IMG/VR virus record: IMGVR_UViG_2778261268_000002
DNA from: a virus
Lineage: Duplodnaviria > Heunggongvirae > Uroviricota > Caudoviricetes
Direction: 5' to 3' (one strand)
Length of the DNA: 64,000 nt
Shown here in pieces: positions 52,653-62,975 of the stretch. Numbering within the stretch: the stretch's first letter is position 1; every line of letters begins with the position of its first letter. A program made the translations under genes and the position numbers. The notes beneath the pieces are model-generated. The model was given only the letters and a program-made list of their open reading frames with translations, was not told where the DNA came from and made no database searches.

Positions 52653-55629
52653 TATTTAGCTCCTTTGCCACACCTAATAACAGTTCCAGCAATCCGTCAC
52701 CATTCATCAGTGATGCGGCAGCGGCCTCTTTGTCATGATACAACTGAAGAGCCATAGAGAATACTTCCGTTGCTGACGTTTTGGAAATAGTCGGGGATTT
52801 CTGCCGAATTTTCCCAGTGTTACTTACTGAGGCTGGCGGGTATACCTTCGCCATATAAATATTACTCAATCGAGATCTGAAGCACCATTCAGGCTTGCCA
52901 CGCCCACCGATATTAACGAAAGATGGCTTATCCCCTTCAACATTGGCCTTCAGGAATGACCGGGCTTTCTCTAACAAACCAGGGTTACTGTACTCAAGAT
53001 GATGACCCAGCTCGTGCCACAGTGCACTTGCATTTTCATCGTTCAAATTGACAGCAACAACACCATTAAGATTTGCATATGCCCTTCCCTTGTGGTGAAC
53101 CACCTTTGATAAGGTCGAAATTTTACCGCCGGTCAGGCGATAAATATCAGCAAGTTCCTTGCGCAGGTCTATCCCACCATTCTGTCCAGCGCGGGCTTCT
53201 TCCACTTCTTCCGTGATAAAAGAGTCGGCCCACTCAAGAGCTTTTTCTTCAGATACGGATGAGTTTGCGATCGCACTGTTCATGGCAGATAACACTTTCT
53301 CGTGGACCGAACCCATACTTCGCTGATTCATTTGCCAGCGTGTCTGCGGGTTATATGAGAATCGCTTAAGTAGTTGGTCAAGATGCTCAAGTTCTTCTTC
53401 ACTGACATACTTTTTAGCCTCACCAATAATGCCAGGGAGAATATTGCCGTTAGGATTAAACGCTCGCGAAAGGAAGAGTTTCAGCGCCCCCATGCCCTCC
53501 GATGCTTCAATATCACCAATAACCCGGTTAACAATGGCCGCACTCTTCGGATTAGCATCCGCCAACGCTCTGGCTACAATTTGCAGGGACGATACGACAT
53601 CACGCTGCATATCCGTCCTGATCTCATCAATAAACTCTGGCGTTATGCCGTGCTCTTTAAGGATATCCCTGCCTTCCGCCGTTACCCCATCGATATCACC
53701 GACATGTTTATTAACCCGACTTTGCAATGCCTTAAATGCCTTCAGAATTCCACGGGCATCATCCGCTTTACTAACGGCCTTCCTGAATGCTGGCAAGAAG
53801 TCTGAGTTAACCTCATTTTGTTGATCGGCCCACTGAATGGAGGCTTCTTTCATCTCGTCCAGAGTCAGATCACCCAACGCGGTATGGTCTGTGAATATGA
53901 GCGACAACCTCTGAATCATTTCTGCCAATGGTGATGCCGAATGCGCCGCGCTAAGGAATGCTTTCACCCTGGTTGGGCGAATGGAAAACCAGTCAATAGC
54001 TGGTGGCATATCTCCGTTTTTTATCGCCTGCGCTATCTCATCAAAGCCGTCGCGCCCAAGGGAGGATGCGTGATTTAACAATCCGCGAAGTAACGAATTG
54101 CTGATACCGAATAATCGGCACCATTTATTCACGTCGGCAACAGGCATTCGAACAAAATGCGCAAGCACTTGAACAAGCTGTTCATCCTGGGGATCTGTAC
54201 GGGAAAGCAGCCTGATCAGATGAATAATGTCTTTGATGCCGGATGCCCGATGTAATAGCAAGCTGGTATATGGAGCAACACCGTTGTAACTACCGCCAGA
54301 AGCTGACTCGAAAAGACCGCCAGATATCCCTTGCATACCTTCGTTTTCCAGTTCCTGAGACACCTGGCGAAGGATATCCTGTAACGACACATCGCCGCCG
54401 CCAAACATATCCCCCAGCGCCTGGCCCTGGTGCTGTAACTCATCATTGATACGTTGAGCCATCAACTTAAAGGCGGTGGCCATACGCTTCGCGCTACGGT
54501 TATTCGCGACGATGAACAACGCGAGTGCTTTCACTTCCGGGGCCGTTTCGCTGAACATATCCCCCTGAGCAATAACATCGGTAATATGCTGGCCTGACTC
54601 CTTCGATTGCCTTACCAGGTCTACCGCATCTTTCAATGCCTCCAGCGCCTTTTTATCGAGGCTATCCGCTGTCTCAATGCCATCAACAATAGTTGTCACA
54701 GCCTGCTTGTGCGCTTCTCCTGATAAAGCCTGCATCTGGACAAAATCATTGGCTGCCGCATTAAGCGCCGTCAGAACATTACGCATATCCGGATCAGGTT
54801 CTTCTGCAACCATCCTTACCAAGCGCGCATCCTTATATGCCTTGGCAAAGATCGCGTTTTGTATACGGTCTACAAGTTGCCGTGTTGGTCGCCCATCTTC
54901 AGTTACAAGGCCAGCCGCCTGTGTGGCACCAACTTGCGTCATAAATCCGCGAATAAACGCGTCATTACTGCGGCTAAGCAGATCTCCACTTTCTGACGGG
55001 TTAAACAACGCCATCATCGCCGGTGTTATGCTGTCGGCATCAACAAAAGCCTTTTCACTGGCTGCCATTTCCTGGAGATCAGAAATATTTGAGTCCTTGG
55101 CAAACTGAACACGGTCAACCTTCGTTAACCGGCGGCGCACCAGTACCGGAGCCGTCATTGATTCAACCTTTTCAGGCCGTATGCCGAATTCGGTCGCATG
55201 TTCAATCAGGTACTCCCGATACCGATCCGCATTACCGTCCTGATAGGCTTTAATGATCCCCATGGTCCGCCCATTACCTGACTCAACGGCATTGTCCTCA
55301 CCAATTATTGGCGCGCCATGGCTGGATAAACCGGAATCGGTAAGCTGGGCAGGACGCAAATCCTTGGATATCTGGTTGACCTGAAGAAGGCTGGATGCGC
55401 GGGTCCGGTCGCGCGGCTGAAGTTCCTGGGGATAGTCTGGATTAATTTTCCCATCCAGAGTATTGGATACCAAAAGAACTGAGGCATCGACGATATCAAA
55501 CGCTGTTTTTACCTCGTCTCCCTTCGCTGTCACCACATACGAAACCCGCCCATAATCGGGCAGGTTCTTTAGCAGCTCGATCAGCGTTTCTATGCTGGTG
55601 GCCATTACCACCTGATCGCTTAAGCTCAT
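52642..55629 (-). CDS. ddrB: large virion antirestriction-associated protein (P1 DdrB-like by position)
   Basis: 995-aa ORF downstream of the darA-like gene; assignment by synteny and size. Confidence 0.55.
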   Translation of the reverse strand: MSLSDQVVMATSIETLIELLKNLPDYGRVSYVVTAKGDEVKTAFDIVDASVLLVSNTLDGKINPDYPQELQPRDRTRASSLLQVNQISKDLRPAQLTDSGLSSHGAPIIGEDNAVESGNGRTMGIIKAYQDGNADRYREYLIEHATEFGIRPEKVESMTAPVLVRRRLTKVDRVQFAKDSNISDLQEMAASEKAFVDADSITPAMMALFNPSESGDLLSRSNDAFIRGFMTQVGATQAAGLVTEDGRPTRQLVDRIQNAIFAKAYKDARLVRMVAEEPDPDMRNVLTALNAAANDFVQMQALSGEAHKQAVTTIVDGIETADSLDKKALEALKDAVDLVRQSKESGQHITDVIAQGDMFSETAPEVKALALFIVANNRSAKRMATAFKLMAQRINDELQHQGQALGDMFGGGDVSLQDILRQVSQELENEGMQGISGGLFESASGGSYNGVAPYTSLLLHRASGIKDIIHLIRLLSRTDPQDEQLVQVLAHFVRMPVADVNKWCRLFGISNSLLRGLLNHASSLGRDGFDEIAQAIKNGDMPPAIDWFSIRPTRVKAFLSAAHSASPLAEMIQRLSLIFTDHTALGDLTLDEMKEASIQWADQQNEVNSDFLPAFRKAVSKADDARGILKAFKALQSRVNKHVGDIDGVTAEGRDILKEHGITPEFIDEIRTDMQRDVVSSLQIVARALADANPKSAAIVNRVIGDIEASEGMGALKLFLSRAFNPNGNILPGIIGEAKKYVSEEELEHLDQLLKRFSYNPQTRWQMNQRSMGSVHEKVLSAMNSAIANSSVSEEKALEWADSFITEEVEEARAGQNGGIDLRKELADIYRLTGGKISTLSKVVHHKGRAYANLNGVVAVNLNDENASALWHELGHHLEYSNPGLLEKARSFLKANVEGDKPSFVNIGGRGKPEWCFRSRLSNIYMAKVYPPASVSNTGKIRQKSPTISKTSATEVFSMALQLYHDKEAAAASLMNGDGLLELLLGVAKELNNAD

Positions 55630-55641
55630 CCCTGTTACGCC

Positions 55642-56007
55642 TTATGCTGCCTCTTTAATGTTGGCGGCTATCCATGCCGCCGTGTGCTGTTTAACCTGGT
55701 CCAGGTCGATGTATGTGCCAACATATTGACTCAAATCCTGCAAGGTACCGATAAATGCATCGGTGCTCTGATCGACGAATTTATCAGCCAGGAAATCAGC
55801 AACCAGTTTTGGCACACCATCATGTACCGAAGGTTGTTTTTCCTCGCCACTACTGCCGCCGGACACACCGTACCCCATCTGTTGCATGATCTGGTCAATT
55901 TCATCGCTGATATCCAGCAACTCCATGCCACTCGCGGTAGCCGCTTTGGACATCAGAGCATCCAACTTATCGCTGAGATCCATTAACTCAATAGCTGATA
56001 GTGTCAT
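55642..56007 (-). CDS. ddrA: small protein of the dar operon (P1 DdrA-like by position)
   Basis: 121 aa, 4-nt overlap with the upstream gene. Confidence 0.5.
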   Translation of the reverse strand: MTLSAIELMDLSDKLDALMSKAATASGMELLDISDEIDQIMQQMGYGVSGGSSGEEKQPSVHDGVPKLVADFLADKFVDQSTDAFIGTLQDLSQYVGTYIDLDQVKQHTAAWIAANIKEAA

Positions 56008-57923
56008 GCCGCTACCCCCGCTTTCTGGATTGCTACCAGCAGATCAGCCAGGTGGCGAGCAGCGCCATTAACCAGCTCTTCGTTTTCCTCAAAACGCCCG
56101 GCAGCCTGAAGGGCTGCAATCGCTTCCCGGACATTACCCCGGGCGTTACGGATCTCCGCCATGTCAGTGCTTTGCATATCCATCACGTTATTGAGATATT
56201 CAATGGCTTTATTAGCCTCTGCATCTGCTTCGCTAACCGTTTCATCAGGCTGTGCCGGGGCAGGTTCTGGCTGAGTAATCTCACCGACTTCGGCCTGCAA
56301 TGCATTGATCATGCTCTGCACCATTTTCTCGGTGCCAGCGCCCCCCGGAAACGCAATATTGGGGAAAGTTTTTTGAAACTGAGTTTTCAGCATTACGCGG
56401 AACTCGTCTGGTGAGCTGGTGGCCAGCTCCAGAGCTTTTTGTGCATATTTGCCAAACGGACCATTAGTAAGTGTCTTCGCCAGGAAGTCGAAAGAATCCT
56501 CGCGAGGCAATAACTTCAGGTCGTACTCACTCATTTGCTGATCAGAAAGCGGGGTATCGTAAGTAGCAATGCCGTAGCGTGCATATTCATAATACGGGTC
56601 ACCTTCATCAGGGCGCGGCAGAATTGCTTTGTTACCTTCAGGTATTGCGCCAGGGGCCGCCGGACGCATTTGCAGGGCATATCGATATGCACCTACAGAG
56701 ACTTCTGGTTCAGGCGAAGAGCTACCGGTATCCTCCGCTGGTTCAGGTTCGACGTTTTCCGGTTTATGTTCTTCTGGTTGGACCAGGTATTCCGATACAT
56801 TACCCGCTTTATAGGCTTTAAACAGCTTGCCGATCGCATCTGCCATGTCCACACCCTGTATGGATTTAGCCTTGATCATGTACACGCTGCCATCCGAATC
56901 GGTTAACTGGATATACCCTTCACCGTCCTCAATGAATTGCTTCATTGATGCACCATTACTGAGCGTCACTTCCCCGTTCATATGCATACGATTTTTGATA
57001 CTTGCAAGGCGATCCGTCATCGCGCGAGAGTGTCCACCAGTCATCCCCGCAGGAGCAATGGTTTCGCGCCCACCAGTTCGATTGAGCTGATCAATCTCCG
57101 TCTGCAAACGCTCATTCTCTTCATAAAGAGAATCCGCTTCCGATGCAACAGCGTTAATTTTCTGCTCCAGATCTACCTTCTGCCCTTCTACCGCTGCCAC
57201 CTGATCCGCGAGGTCGCTCATGGCATCCTCTTTCTGGTCACTGTCAGCCTGTAGTTGGGTTATTTCATCAACCAGGGCTTTTTTCTTCTTCTGCGCACGC
57301 TGGAATTTTGCCGAGTTTTTCTCTGCAAGGTTGGCAAGTTTCATGGTGACCTGCGCCAGCGTCATATCACGTCCACTCATCGGAGCAACGGTATGAGTAA
57401 CGTCTTTTTTATTCAGTAAGAACTGGAAAGCAATCAGCGTATCGCTATTGGTGATCCGGTTTTCCGCTGTCGGGCTATGAAACAGAATGCTGATAGTCTG
57501 ACCATCACTGAGCGGAATAATGGCTGGCAGGACCGGCAGCCCGTTAACGTTACGTGCCCGGCCAATTTCAGCCCCGCCGATCGCGCGTGCACCGTTCTGG
57601 GCCACATCCCCCGTTTTATCACTCCCCGCAGAGATTCCGGTACCATTCAGCTTCTGGTTCAATGCCCGGACAAATGCCTGCATGGTCCGGTGTAGCTGCA
57701 AACGAGTAGAACTAATCGCCTCCAGTAAATCCGTAGCACACCAGTGGATCGGCGTGTCATAGAAGAACGTAGCCTCGATTTCCTCCAGGGTGTTGGATTC
57801 CGTCATCAGATAGCGGTCCTCACCGGCCATTAATGCGCGATATTCATCATCAGTCACTGGCGGGGGAAGCACGTCAAGCCCAGGCTTGATCGTCACCCCT
57901 TTATTGATATTGAACTGTTCCAT
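56004..57923 (-). CDS. darA: DarA-like antirestriction head protein
   Basis: 639 aa (about 70 kDa, the size recalled for the P1 DarA precursor); position between the hdf-like and ddrA-like genes. Confidence 0.6.
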   Translation of the reverse strand: MEQFNINKGVTIKPGLDVLPPPVTDDEYRALMAGEDRYLMTESNTLEEIEATFFYDTPIHWCATDLLEAISSTRLQLHRTMQAFVRALNQKLNGTGISAGSDKTGDVAQNGARAIGGAEIGRARNVNGLPVLPAIIPLSDGQTISILFHSPTAENRITNSDTLIAFQFLLNKKDVTHTVAPMSGRDMTLAQVTMKLANLAEKNSAKFQRAQKKKKALVDEITQLQADSDQKEDAMSDLADQVAAVEGQKVDLEQKINAVASEADSLYEENERLQTEIDQLNRTGGRETIAPAGMTGGHSRAMTDRLASIKNRMHMNGEVTLSNGASMKQFIEDGEGYIQLTDSDGSVYMIKAKSIQGVDMADAIGKLFKAYKAGNVSEYLVQPEEHKPENVEPEPAEDTGSSSPEPEVSVGAYRYALQMRPAAPGAIPEGNKAILPRPDEGDPYYEYARYGIATYDTPLSDQQMSEYDLKLLPREDSFDFLAKTLTNGPFGKYAQKALELATSSPDEFRVMLKTQFQKTFPNIAFPGGAGTEKMVQSMINALQAEVGEITQPEPAPAQPDETVSEADAEANKAIEYLNNVMDMQSTDMAEIRNARGNVREAIAALQAAGRFEENEELVNGAARHLADLLVAIQKAGVAA

Positions 57924-57924
57924 G

Positions 57925-58536
57925 TTAATTTCCTGCTTTCAGTTGCTTAAGACGGCGTTTGAGTTCGCCATTTCGGGCCTTTTCGTTATTGAGTCGGCCT
58001 GTCTCCTTATCCAGCTTCGCCCGCAAATCAGTGATCTGCTGTTGATTGAAAGACACCGAGTTCTGCGCTGATTTATAAGCGGCAACCACCTGAGCATTCC
58101 GCTGTTTTGCCTCTTGCAGGCGCTGAAAGTTGGATTTTACTGCCGGTTTCTTGTCTACCGGATTGGCAACACGTTTCGCTTTGGCGATCAGTGATTTCTG
58201 GAATTTTGCGGAGTTTTTGCGGGCCGCTTGCCCCATGACGGTACCAAGCGTCTTGATATCCGGCGACTGAGCGTTAGGAATAGCTTTTCCATTCAGCCTC
58301 ACAGACGATATATCGCCAGTATCGTTTACCTGTATGGCAAGAATTTGTCCGTCGTTAAGAACCAGCTTTGCGGTTTTAACTTTAACGCCATCTTTCGTTG
58401 TTGCGCGGTTGCTGGAGTCAACCTCAATTACCGTAACACCGGTTTTATTGATCGCCGCGATAAGGGATTTCAGCCCCTTTTCATTAACCTGGTCAAAATC
58501 GACCGTTGCATACTTATTTTTCGTCATCTGACACAT
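57925..58536 (-). CDS. hdf: coiled-coil protein upstream of darA (P1 Hdf-like by position)
   Basis: 203 aa; C-terminal basic coiled coil; 1-nt spacing to darA. Confidence 0.5.
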   Translation of the reverse strand: MCQMTKNKYATVDFDQVNEKGLKSLIAAINKTGVTVIEVDSSNRATTKDGVKVKTAKLVLNDGQILAIQVNDTGDISSVRLNGKAIPNAQSPDIKTLGTVMGQAARKNSAKFQKSLIAKAKRVANPVDKKPAVKSNFQRLQEAKQRNAQVVAAYKSAQNSVSFNQQQITDLRAKLDKETGRLNNEKARNGELKRRLKQLKAGN

Positions 58537-58957
58537 CCTGTGCGAGATTTATTACGTAACTTCTGCGGATTTGCTGAGTAACAGGGAAAATCCGATACAA
58601 CGGGTTAATGAACGAGTCGCCATGCGTAACCATGACGTTGAAATGCCACAGCCGTTCTCCTTTACCCATATATTCAGTGGGTATGTACAACCATTCACTG
58701 TTTTCGCCCTGTTCAGCCGACGTCAGACAACGTTGTTCGCCTTCAATCACTGTCGTTGGCTTCTGAACATCGCGGATCCAATATCTGACCGTTGCGCCGC
58801 GCAAAAACGGGAATTTAGACCGGTATTTGAACGGCACCCGGATGAAACCCGGTTTAATTTCCACATCACCAAGTTCTAAATGCGTGATGTCCTTGCGTTT
58901 TAGCAAATAGCGATCGGCTAAGGCTAACGCAAGAGCGCATACACCCCAGCCAATCAT
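58514..58957 (-). CDS. lydB: putative antiholin (P1 LydB-like by position)
   Basis: 147 aa immediately downstream of the holin-like gene with 4-nt overlap. Confidence 0.45.
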   Translation of the reverse strand: MIGWGVCALALALADRYLLKRKDITHLELGDVEIKPGFIRVPFKYRSKFPFLRGATVRYWIRDVQKPTTVIEGEQRCLTSAEQGENSEWLYIPTEYMGKGERLWHFNVMVTHGDSFINPLYRIFPVTQQIRRSYVINLAQDVSDDEK

Positions 58958-59283
58958 TTCCCGCCTCCCTTTTTCACCAAACTTGTAAGAACATTCAGAA
59001 TGCTATCGATATTCACTCGTTTCATCCCTGAAATCACCTCATGACCGTTATTGCTGGCTATCGTTACCATTAAGTACGTAATTGATAACTCCCAGCCCTC
59101 GTGTTGCCCCAATAGGTACGCCACCGCGCCAGCTGTCACTGCAACAAAGATCTCCGTAACCAATCCCAACAAATTGCCAGACTGGCGACCGTCTCGGACA
59201 TCCATCAGGAACGTGCCTATCCCACCAATTACTGAAAGCAGGAGCGCAATAGCAACTGGAGCTAATTCCTGTGTGTCAAGCAC
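58954..59283 (-). CDS. lydA: holin (P1 LydA-like)
   Basis: 109 aa, GTG start with strong RBS TAGGAGGGA; two or three transmembrane segments. Confidence 0.55.
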   Translation of the reverse strand: MLDTQELAPVAIALLLSVIGGIGTFLMDVRDGRQSGNLLGLVTEIFVAVTAGAVAYLLGQHEGWELSITYLMVTIASNNGHEVISGMKRVNIDSILNVLTSLVKKGGGK

Positions 59284-59321
59284 AAGTTCCCTCCTACGTT
59301 GTCAGGAGGTAATGGTATGCA

Positions 59322-59350
59322 AAGTAACTTCTCAACCGGTCATTTGTTGC
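59322..59350 (-). promoter_or_regulatory. P1 late-promoter-like motif upstream of the holin gene
   Basis: Reverse complement reads GCAACAAATGACCGGTTGAGAAGTTACTT, sharing the AACAAATGAC core with the site at 11031. Confidence 0.35.
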
Positions 59351-59632
59351 TTAAGAGGCATTTCTATTGAGGTACGAATCGATAATCCTTTGTAACTTTT
59401 CAAGAATGAGCCTGTTATTGATGCTGCAAATAATAGTCACGCAATTCTGAAGACTTTCATCCATACCCTTATATTCCGCGAAATACATGCCTATAAAGCC
59501 TGCAAGTACGGCAGCAATACACTCGGCCATCAATTGCCTGCATGACGCTTCGTAACGTTTTTCACGAACCCCATTCAGAAACGAATGCACCCCGCCAAGG
59601 ATGGAGAGGAGCATTATTGTGAAATCACACAT
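59351..59632 (-). CDS. holin-like membrane protein, paralog of the LydA-like gene
   Basis: 93 aa; LLSILGGVHSFL...AAVLAGFIGMYFAEY parallels LLSVIGGIGTFL...VTAGAVAYLLGQ in the neighbouring holin. Confidence 0.5.
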   Translation of the reverse strand: MCDFTIMLLSILGGVHSFLNGVREKRYEASCRQLMAECIAAVLAGFIGMYFAEYKGMDESLQNCVTIICSINNRLILEKLQRIIDSYLNRNAS

Positions 59633-59759
59633 AACTATTTCCTTAATAGTGAATTAAATATCATTGGGAAACGGTATGTACTTTGTGATTTCCACACATA
59701 CTGGTTTTTGTTAATTAAAATCCGCAGCTTGCTATAAATAACGATAGTGAGCAGAAAAT

Positions 59760-60320
59760 ATGCTAATAGGCTATGTACGCGTATCAACAAATGAACAAAA
59801 CACTGCTTTACAACGAAATGCCCTTGAAAGCGCAGGATGTGAGCTAATTTTTGAGGATAAGGCGAGCGGCAAAAAGGCTGAACGCCCTGGGCTAAAAAAG
59901 GTTTTGCGTATGCTTTCCAGAGGTGACACCCTGGTCGTATGGAAGTTAGATCGTCTTGGGCGTAGCATGCGTCACTTGGTTGTGCTGGTGGAGGAGCTGC
60001 GTGACAGAGGAATTAACTTCCGGAGTCTCACTGACTCCATCGACACCAGTACACCAATGGGGCGCTTTTTCTTTCACGTAATGGGGGCGCTGGCAGAAAT
60101 GGAACGTGAGCTTATCGTTGAACGTACACGCGCTGGACTTGATGCAGCTCGCGCAGAAGGTCGAATAGGAGGCCGTCGGCCTAAATACCAAGAAGAAACA
60201 TGGCAGCAAATGCGTCGATTGCTGGAGAATGGCATCCCCCGTAAGCAGGTTGCAATCATCTATGATGTTGCTGTTTCCACGCTTTATAAAAAGTTTCCTG
60301 CGTCATCATTTCAATCCTAA
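59760..60320 (+). CDS. cin: Cin serine DNA invertase
   Basis: 186 aa; N-terminal YVRVSTNEQNTALQ catalytic-serine motif; C-terminal helix-turn-helix; followed directly by a cix site. Confidence 0.9.
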   Translation: MLIGYVRVSTNEQNTALQRNALESAGCELIFEDKASGKKAERPGLKKVLRMLSRGDTLVVWKLDRLGRSMRHLVVLVEELRDRGINFRSLTDSIDTSTPMGRFFFHVMGALAEMERELIVERTRAGLDAARAEGRIGGRRPKYQEETWQQMRRLLENGIPRKQVAIIYDVAVSTLYKKFPASSFQS

Positions 60321-60339
60321 ACCTTGGTTTAAGAGAACT
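60310..60339. other. cix crossover site (left end of invertible C segment)
   Basis: TTCAATCCTAAACCTTGGTTTAAGAGAAC, overlapping the cin stop. Confidence 0.6.
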
Positions 60340-60367
60340 CGGTACCAGCGGTGAAAAGATCCCCCTG

Positions 60368-61882
60368 TTGAGCACGGCTAACACATGGAGTGCACGCCAG
60401 ACTTTCAACGGCGGGATCACCGGGGCGCTGACAGGGAACGCCGATACCGCAACGAAATTGAAAACAGCCAGAAACATTAATGGCGTCAGGTTCGATGGTT
60501 CTGGTGACATTAATATCAATACTCTGGTATCGCGCGGTCGCGTAACGGCCCTGGAGGCGAATGCACAGGGAACATCCGGGATTCAGCTGTATGAGGCATA
60601 CAACAATGGCTACCCTTCCCCCTATGGCAATGTGCTTCACCTTAAAGGTGCCACCGCTGCTGGCGAAGGTGAGTTATTCATTGGCTGGAGTGGCACGAGC
60701 GGTGCCCATGCGCCCGTACATATCCGTTCGCGGCGGGATACTGATTCTGCCAACTGGTCTGAATGGGCACAGGTCTATACGTCAAAAGATTCCGTTCCCG
60801 GCGTTAATGCCAAAGGGAATCAGGATACCTCTGGTAATGCGGCTACAGCGACTAAATTGCAGACAGCACGTACTATTAACGGTGTCTCGTTTGATGGTTC
60901 TAAAAACATTGAGTTAACGGCGGAAGATTTAAATCTTGAGCAAACCGTAGAATTAGCCGCTGGATCATTGCAGAAAAAACAGAACGGCGCAGATATTCCA
61001 AACAAAGATAAATTTACGCAAACAATAGGTGCTTGCCGCTCTTTTCATGGTGCTATTAGCACAGGTGCAGGAAACTGGACGACGGCACAATTGATTGAAT
61101 GGCTGGATTCTCAAGGGGCATTCAATCACCCATACTGGATGTGCAAATGTTCATGGTCATACGGCAATAATAAAATTATTACCGATACTGGCTGTGGAAC
61201 TATTCATCTTGCAGGTTGCGTTATTGAGGTTATGGGTAATAAAGGTGCCATGACCATCCGTGTAACCACCCCGAGCACTTCCAGCGGTGGCGGAACTACT
61301 AATGCACAATTTACTTATATAAACCACGGTGGAGATTATGCGCCAGGCTGGCGGCGTGACTACAGTACCAAAAATCAGCAGCCTGCATTTGCTTTAGGGC
61401 AGACAGGAAGCACTGTTGGAAATGACAAAGCTGTTGGATGGAACTCAAATAGCGGCGTTTATAATGCGACTATTAGTGGAGCGTCAACATTGATTCTTCA
61501 CTTTAATATGAATGCGGGGAGTTGCCCGGCGGTTCAGTTCCGTGTGAATTATAAGAACGGCGGTATTTATTATCGTTCAGCGCGAGATGGTTATGGCTTT
61601 GAAGCTGACTGGTCAGAGTTTTACACCACAACCCGCAAACCCTCTGCGGGAGATGTTGGAGCATATACGCAGGCAGAATGTAACTCAAGGTTTATTACAG
61701 GTATTCGCCTTGGCGGTCTGTCATCTGTTCAGACATGGAATGGTCCCGGCTGGTCTGACAGGTCAGGTTATGTCGTTACGGGTTCAGTTAACGGAAACCG
61801 TGATGAATTAATTGATACAACTCAGGCAAGGCCAATTCAGTATTGCATTAATGGAACGTGGTATAACGCGGGGAGTATTTAA
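60368..61882 (+). CDS. tail-fibre variable C-terminal segment in the silent orientation (Sv'-type)
   Basis: 504-aa frame begins at the cix site with no own promoter or RBS; Gly/Ser/Thr-rich repeats; C-terminus [14 protein letters not shown] parallels the opposing S end. Confidence 0.65.
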   Translation: MSTANTWSARQTFNGGITGALTGNADTATKLKTARNINGVRFDGSGDININTLVSRGRVTALEANAQGTSGIQLYEAYNNGYPSPYGNVLHLKGATAAGEGELFIGWSGTSGAHAPVHIRSRRDTDSANWSEWAQVYTSKDSVPGVNAKGNQDTSGNAATATKLQTARTINGVSFDGSKNIELTAEDLNLEQTVELAAGSLQKKQNGADIPNKDKFTQTIGACRSFHGAISTGAGNWTTAQLIEWLDSQGAFNHPYWMCKCSWSYGNNKIITDTGCGTIHLAGCVIEVMGNKGAMTIRVTTPSTSSGGGTTNAQFTYINHGGDYAPGWRRDYSTKNQQPAFALGQTGSTVGNDKAVGWNSNSGVYNATISGASTLILHFNMNAGSCPAVQFRVNYKNGGIYYRSARDGYGFEADWSEFYTTTRKPSAGDVGAYTQAECNSRFITGIRLGGLSSVQTWNGPGWSDRSGYVVTGSVNGNRDELIDTTQARPIQYCINGTWYNAGSI

Positions 61883-61884
61883 TT

Positions 61885-62418
61885 ATGATGCACTTAAAAA
61901 ATATTACTGCTGGCAACCCTAAAACAAAAGAGCAATACCAGCTAACGAAACAATTTAACATCAAATGGCTTTATACAGAGGATGGGAAAAACTGGTATGA
62001 GGAACAAAAGAACTTTCAGCCTGATACGTTGAAAATGGTCTATGACCACAACAACGTTATTATTTGTATTGAAAAGGATGTTTCAGCAATTAATCCAGAA
62101 GGCGCAAGCGTCGTTGAGGTTCCTGATATTACAGCAAATCGCCGGGCTGATATTTCGGGTAAATGGATGTTCAAAGATGGCGTAGTGATAAAGCGAACTT
62201 ATACCGAGGAGGAACAGAGGCAGCAGGCAGAGAATGAAAAGCAAAGCCTGTTGCAACTTGTCAGGGATAAAACCCAGCTATGGGACTCACAGCTACGGCT
62301 GGGCATCATTTCCGACGAGAATAAACAAAAATTAACTGAGTGGATGCTCTATGCGCAGAAAGTCGAATCTACAGACACCTCCAGCCTGCCAGTAACATTT
62401 CCCGAACAACCTGAATGA
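61885..62418 (+). CDS. tail-fibre assembly chaperone (U'-type)
   Basis: 177 aa; N-terminus [22 protein letters not shown] shared with the opposing U gene. Confidence 0.7.
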   Translation: MMHLKNITAGNPKTKEQYQLTKQFNIKWLYTEDGKNWYEEQKNFQPDTLKMVYDHNNVIICIEKDVSAINPEGASVVEVPDITANRRADISGKWMFKDGVVIKRTYTEEEQRQQAENEKQSLLQLVRDKTQLWDSQLRLGIISDENKQKLTEWMLYAQKVESTDTSSLPVTFPEQPE

Positions 62419-62446
62419 GACAAGGCCCGATAGCGGGCCTTAATTT

Positions 62447-62974
62447 TTATTCAGGCTTTTGTGGCCATTCAGGATTTGCCGTATCCACACGGCTGACCAG
62501 AACACTATAGCGTTCCCATGCTTCCAGTCGTGTGCGTTCCTCGTCTGTTGCCATATTCAGCCTGACAGCGCGTTCCAGCGGCTGGATGACTGATTCAGCT
62601 TCGGAAAGCAATGCGGCCTTTTGTGATTCGGCTTGTTGTTGCTGTTCGTCTGCCGTATAAATCCGTTTAACTACAGATCCATCCTTAAACATCCACTTTC
62701 CTGAATCATCAGCGCGGCGGTTGGCTGTTATATCGGGAACCTCAACGACGCTAAAACCTTCAGGGTTAAGCGTGGAGGCATCTTTAGTGATGGCGACAAT
62801 AATATTATTTGCATCGTAAACAATCTTTATTGTGTCTGGCTGAAAGTTTTTCACTTCCTCATACCAGTTTTTTCCGTCCTCAGAGTAAAGCCAGATAACT
62901 CCGTGTTTCTTTGTTAACTCATACTGTTCCAGTGTTTTAGCGTTACCCGCTTTTATGTTCTTTAAGTGCATCAT
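62447..62974 (-). CDS. U: tail-fibre assembly chaperone U
   Basis: 175 aa; paralog of the plus-strand copy; co-oriented with S. Confidence 0.7.
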   Translation of the reverse strand: MMHLKNIKAGNAKTLEQYELTKKHGVIWLYSEDGKNWYEEVKNFQPDTIKIVYDANNIIVAITKDASTLNPEGFSVVEVPDITANRRADDSGKWMFKDGSVVKRIYTADEQQQQAESQKAALLSEAESVIQPLERAVRLNMATDEERTRLEAWERYSVLVSRVDTANPEWPQKPE

Positions 62975-62975
62975 A

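Noticed and set aside
53374-53824. Overlapping plus-strand ORFs inside the ddrB-like gene
   Set aside because: Shadow ORFs antisense to a long, tightly coupled operon gene.
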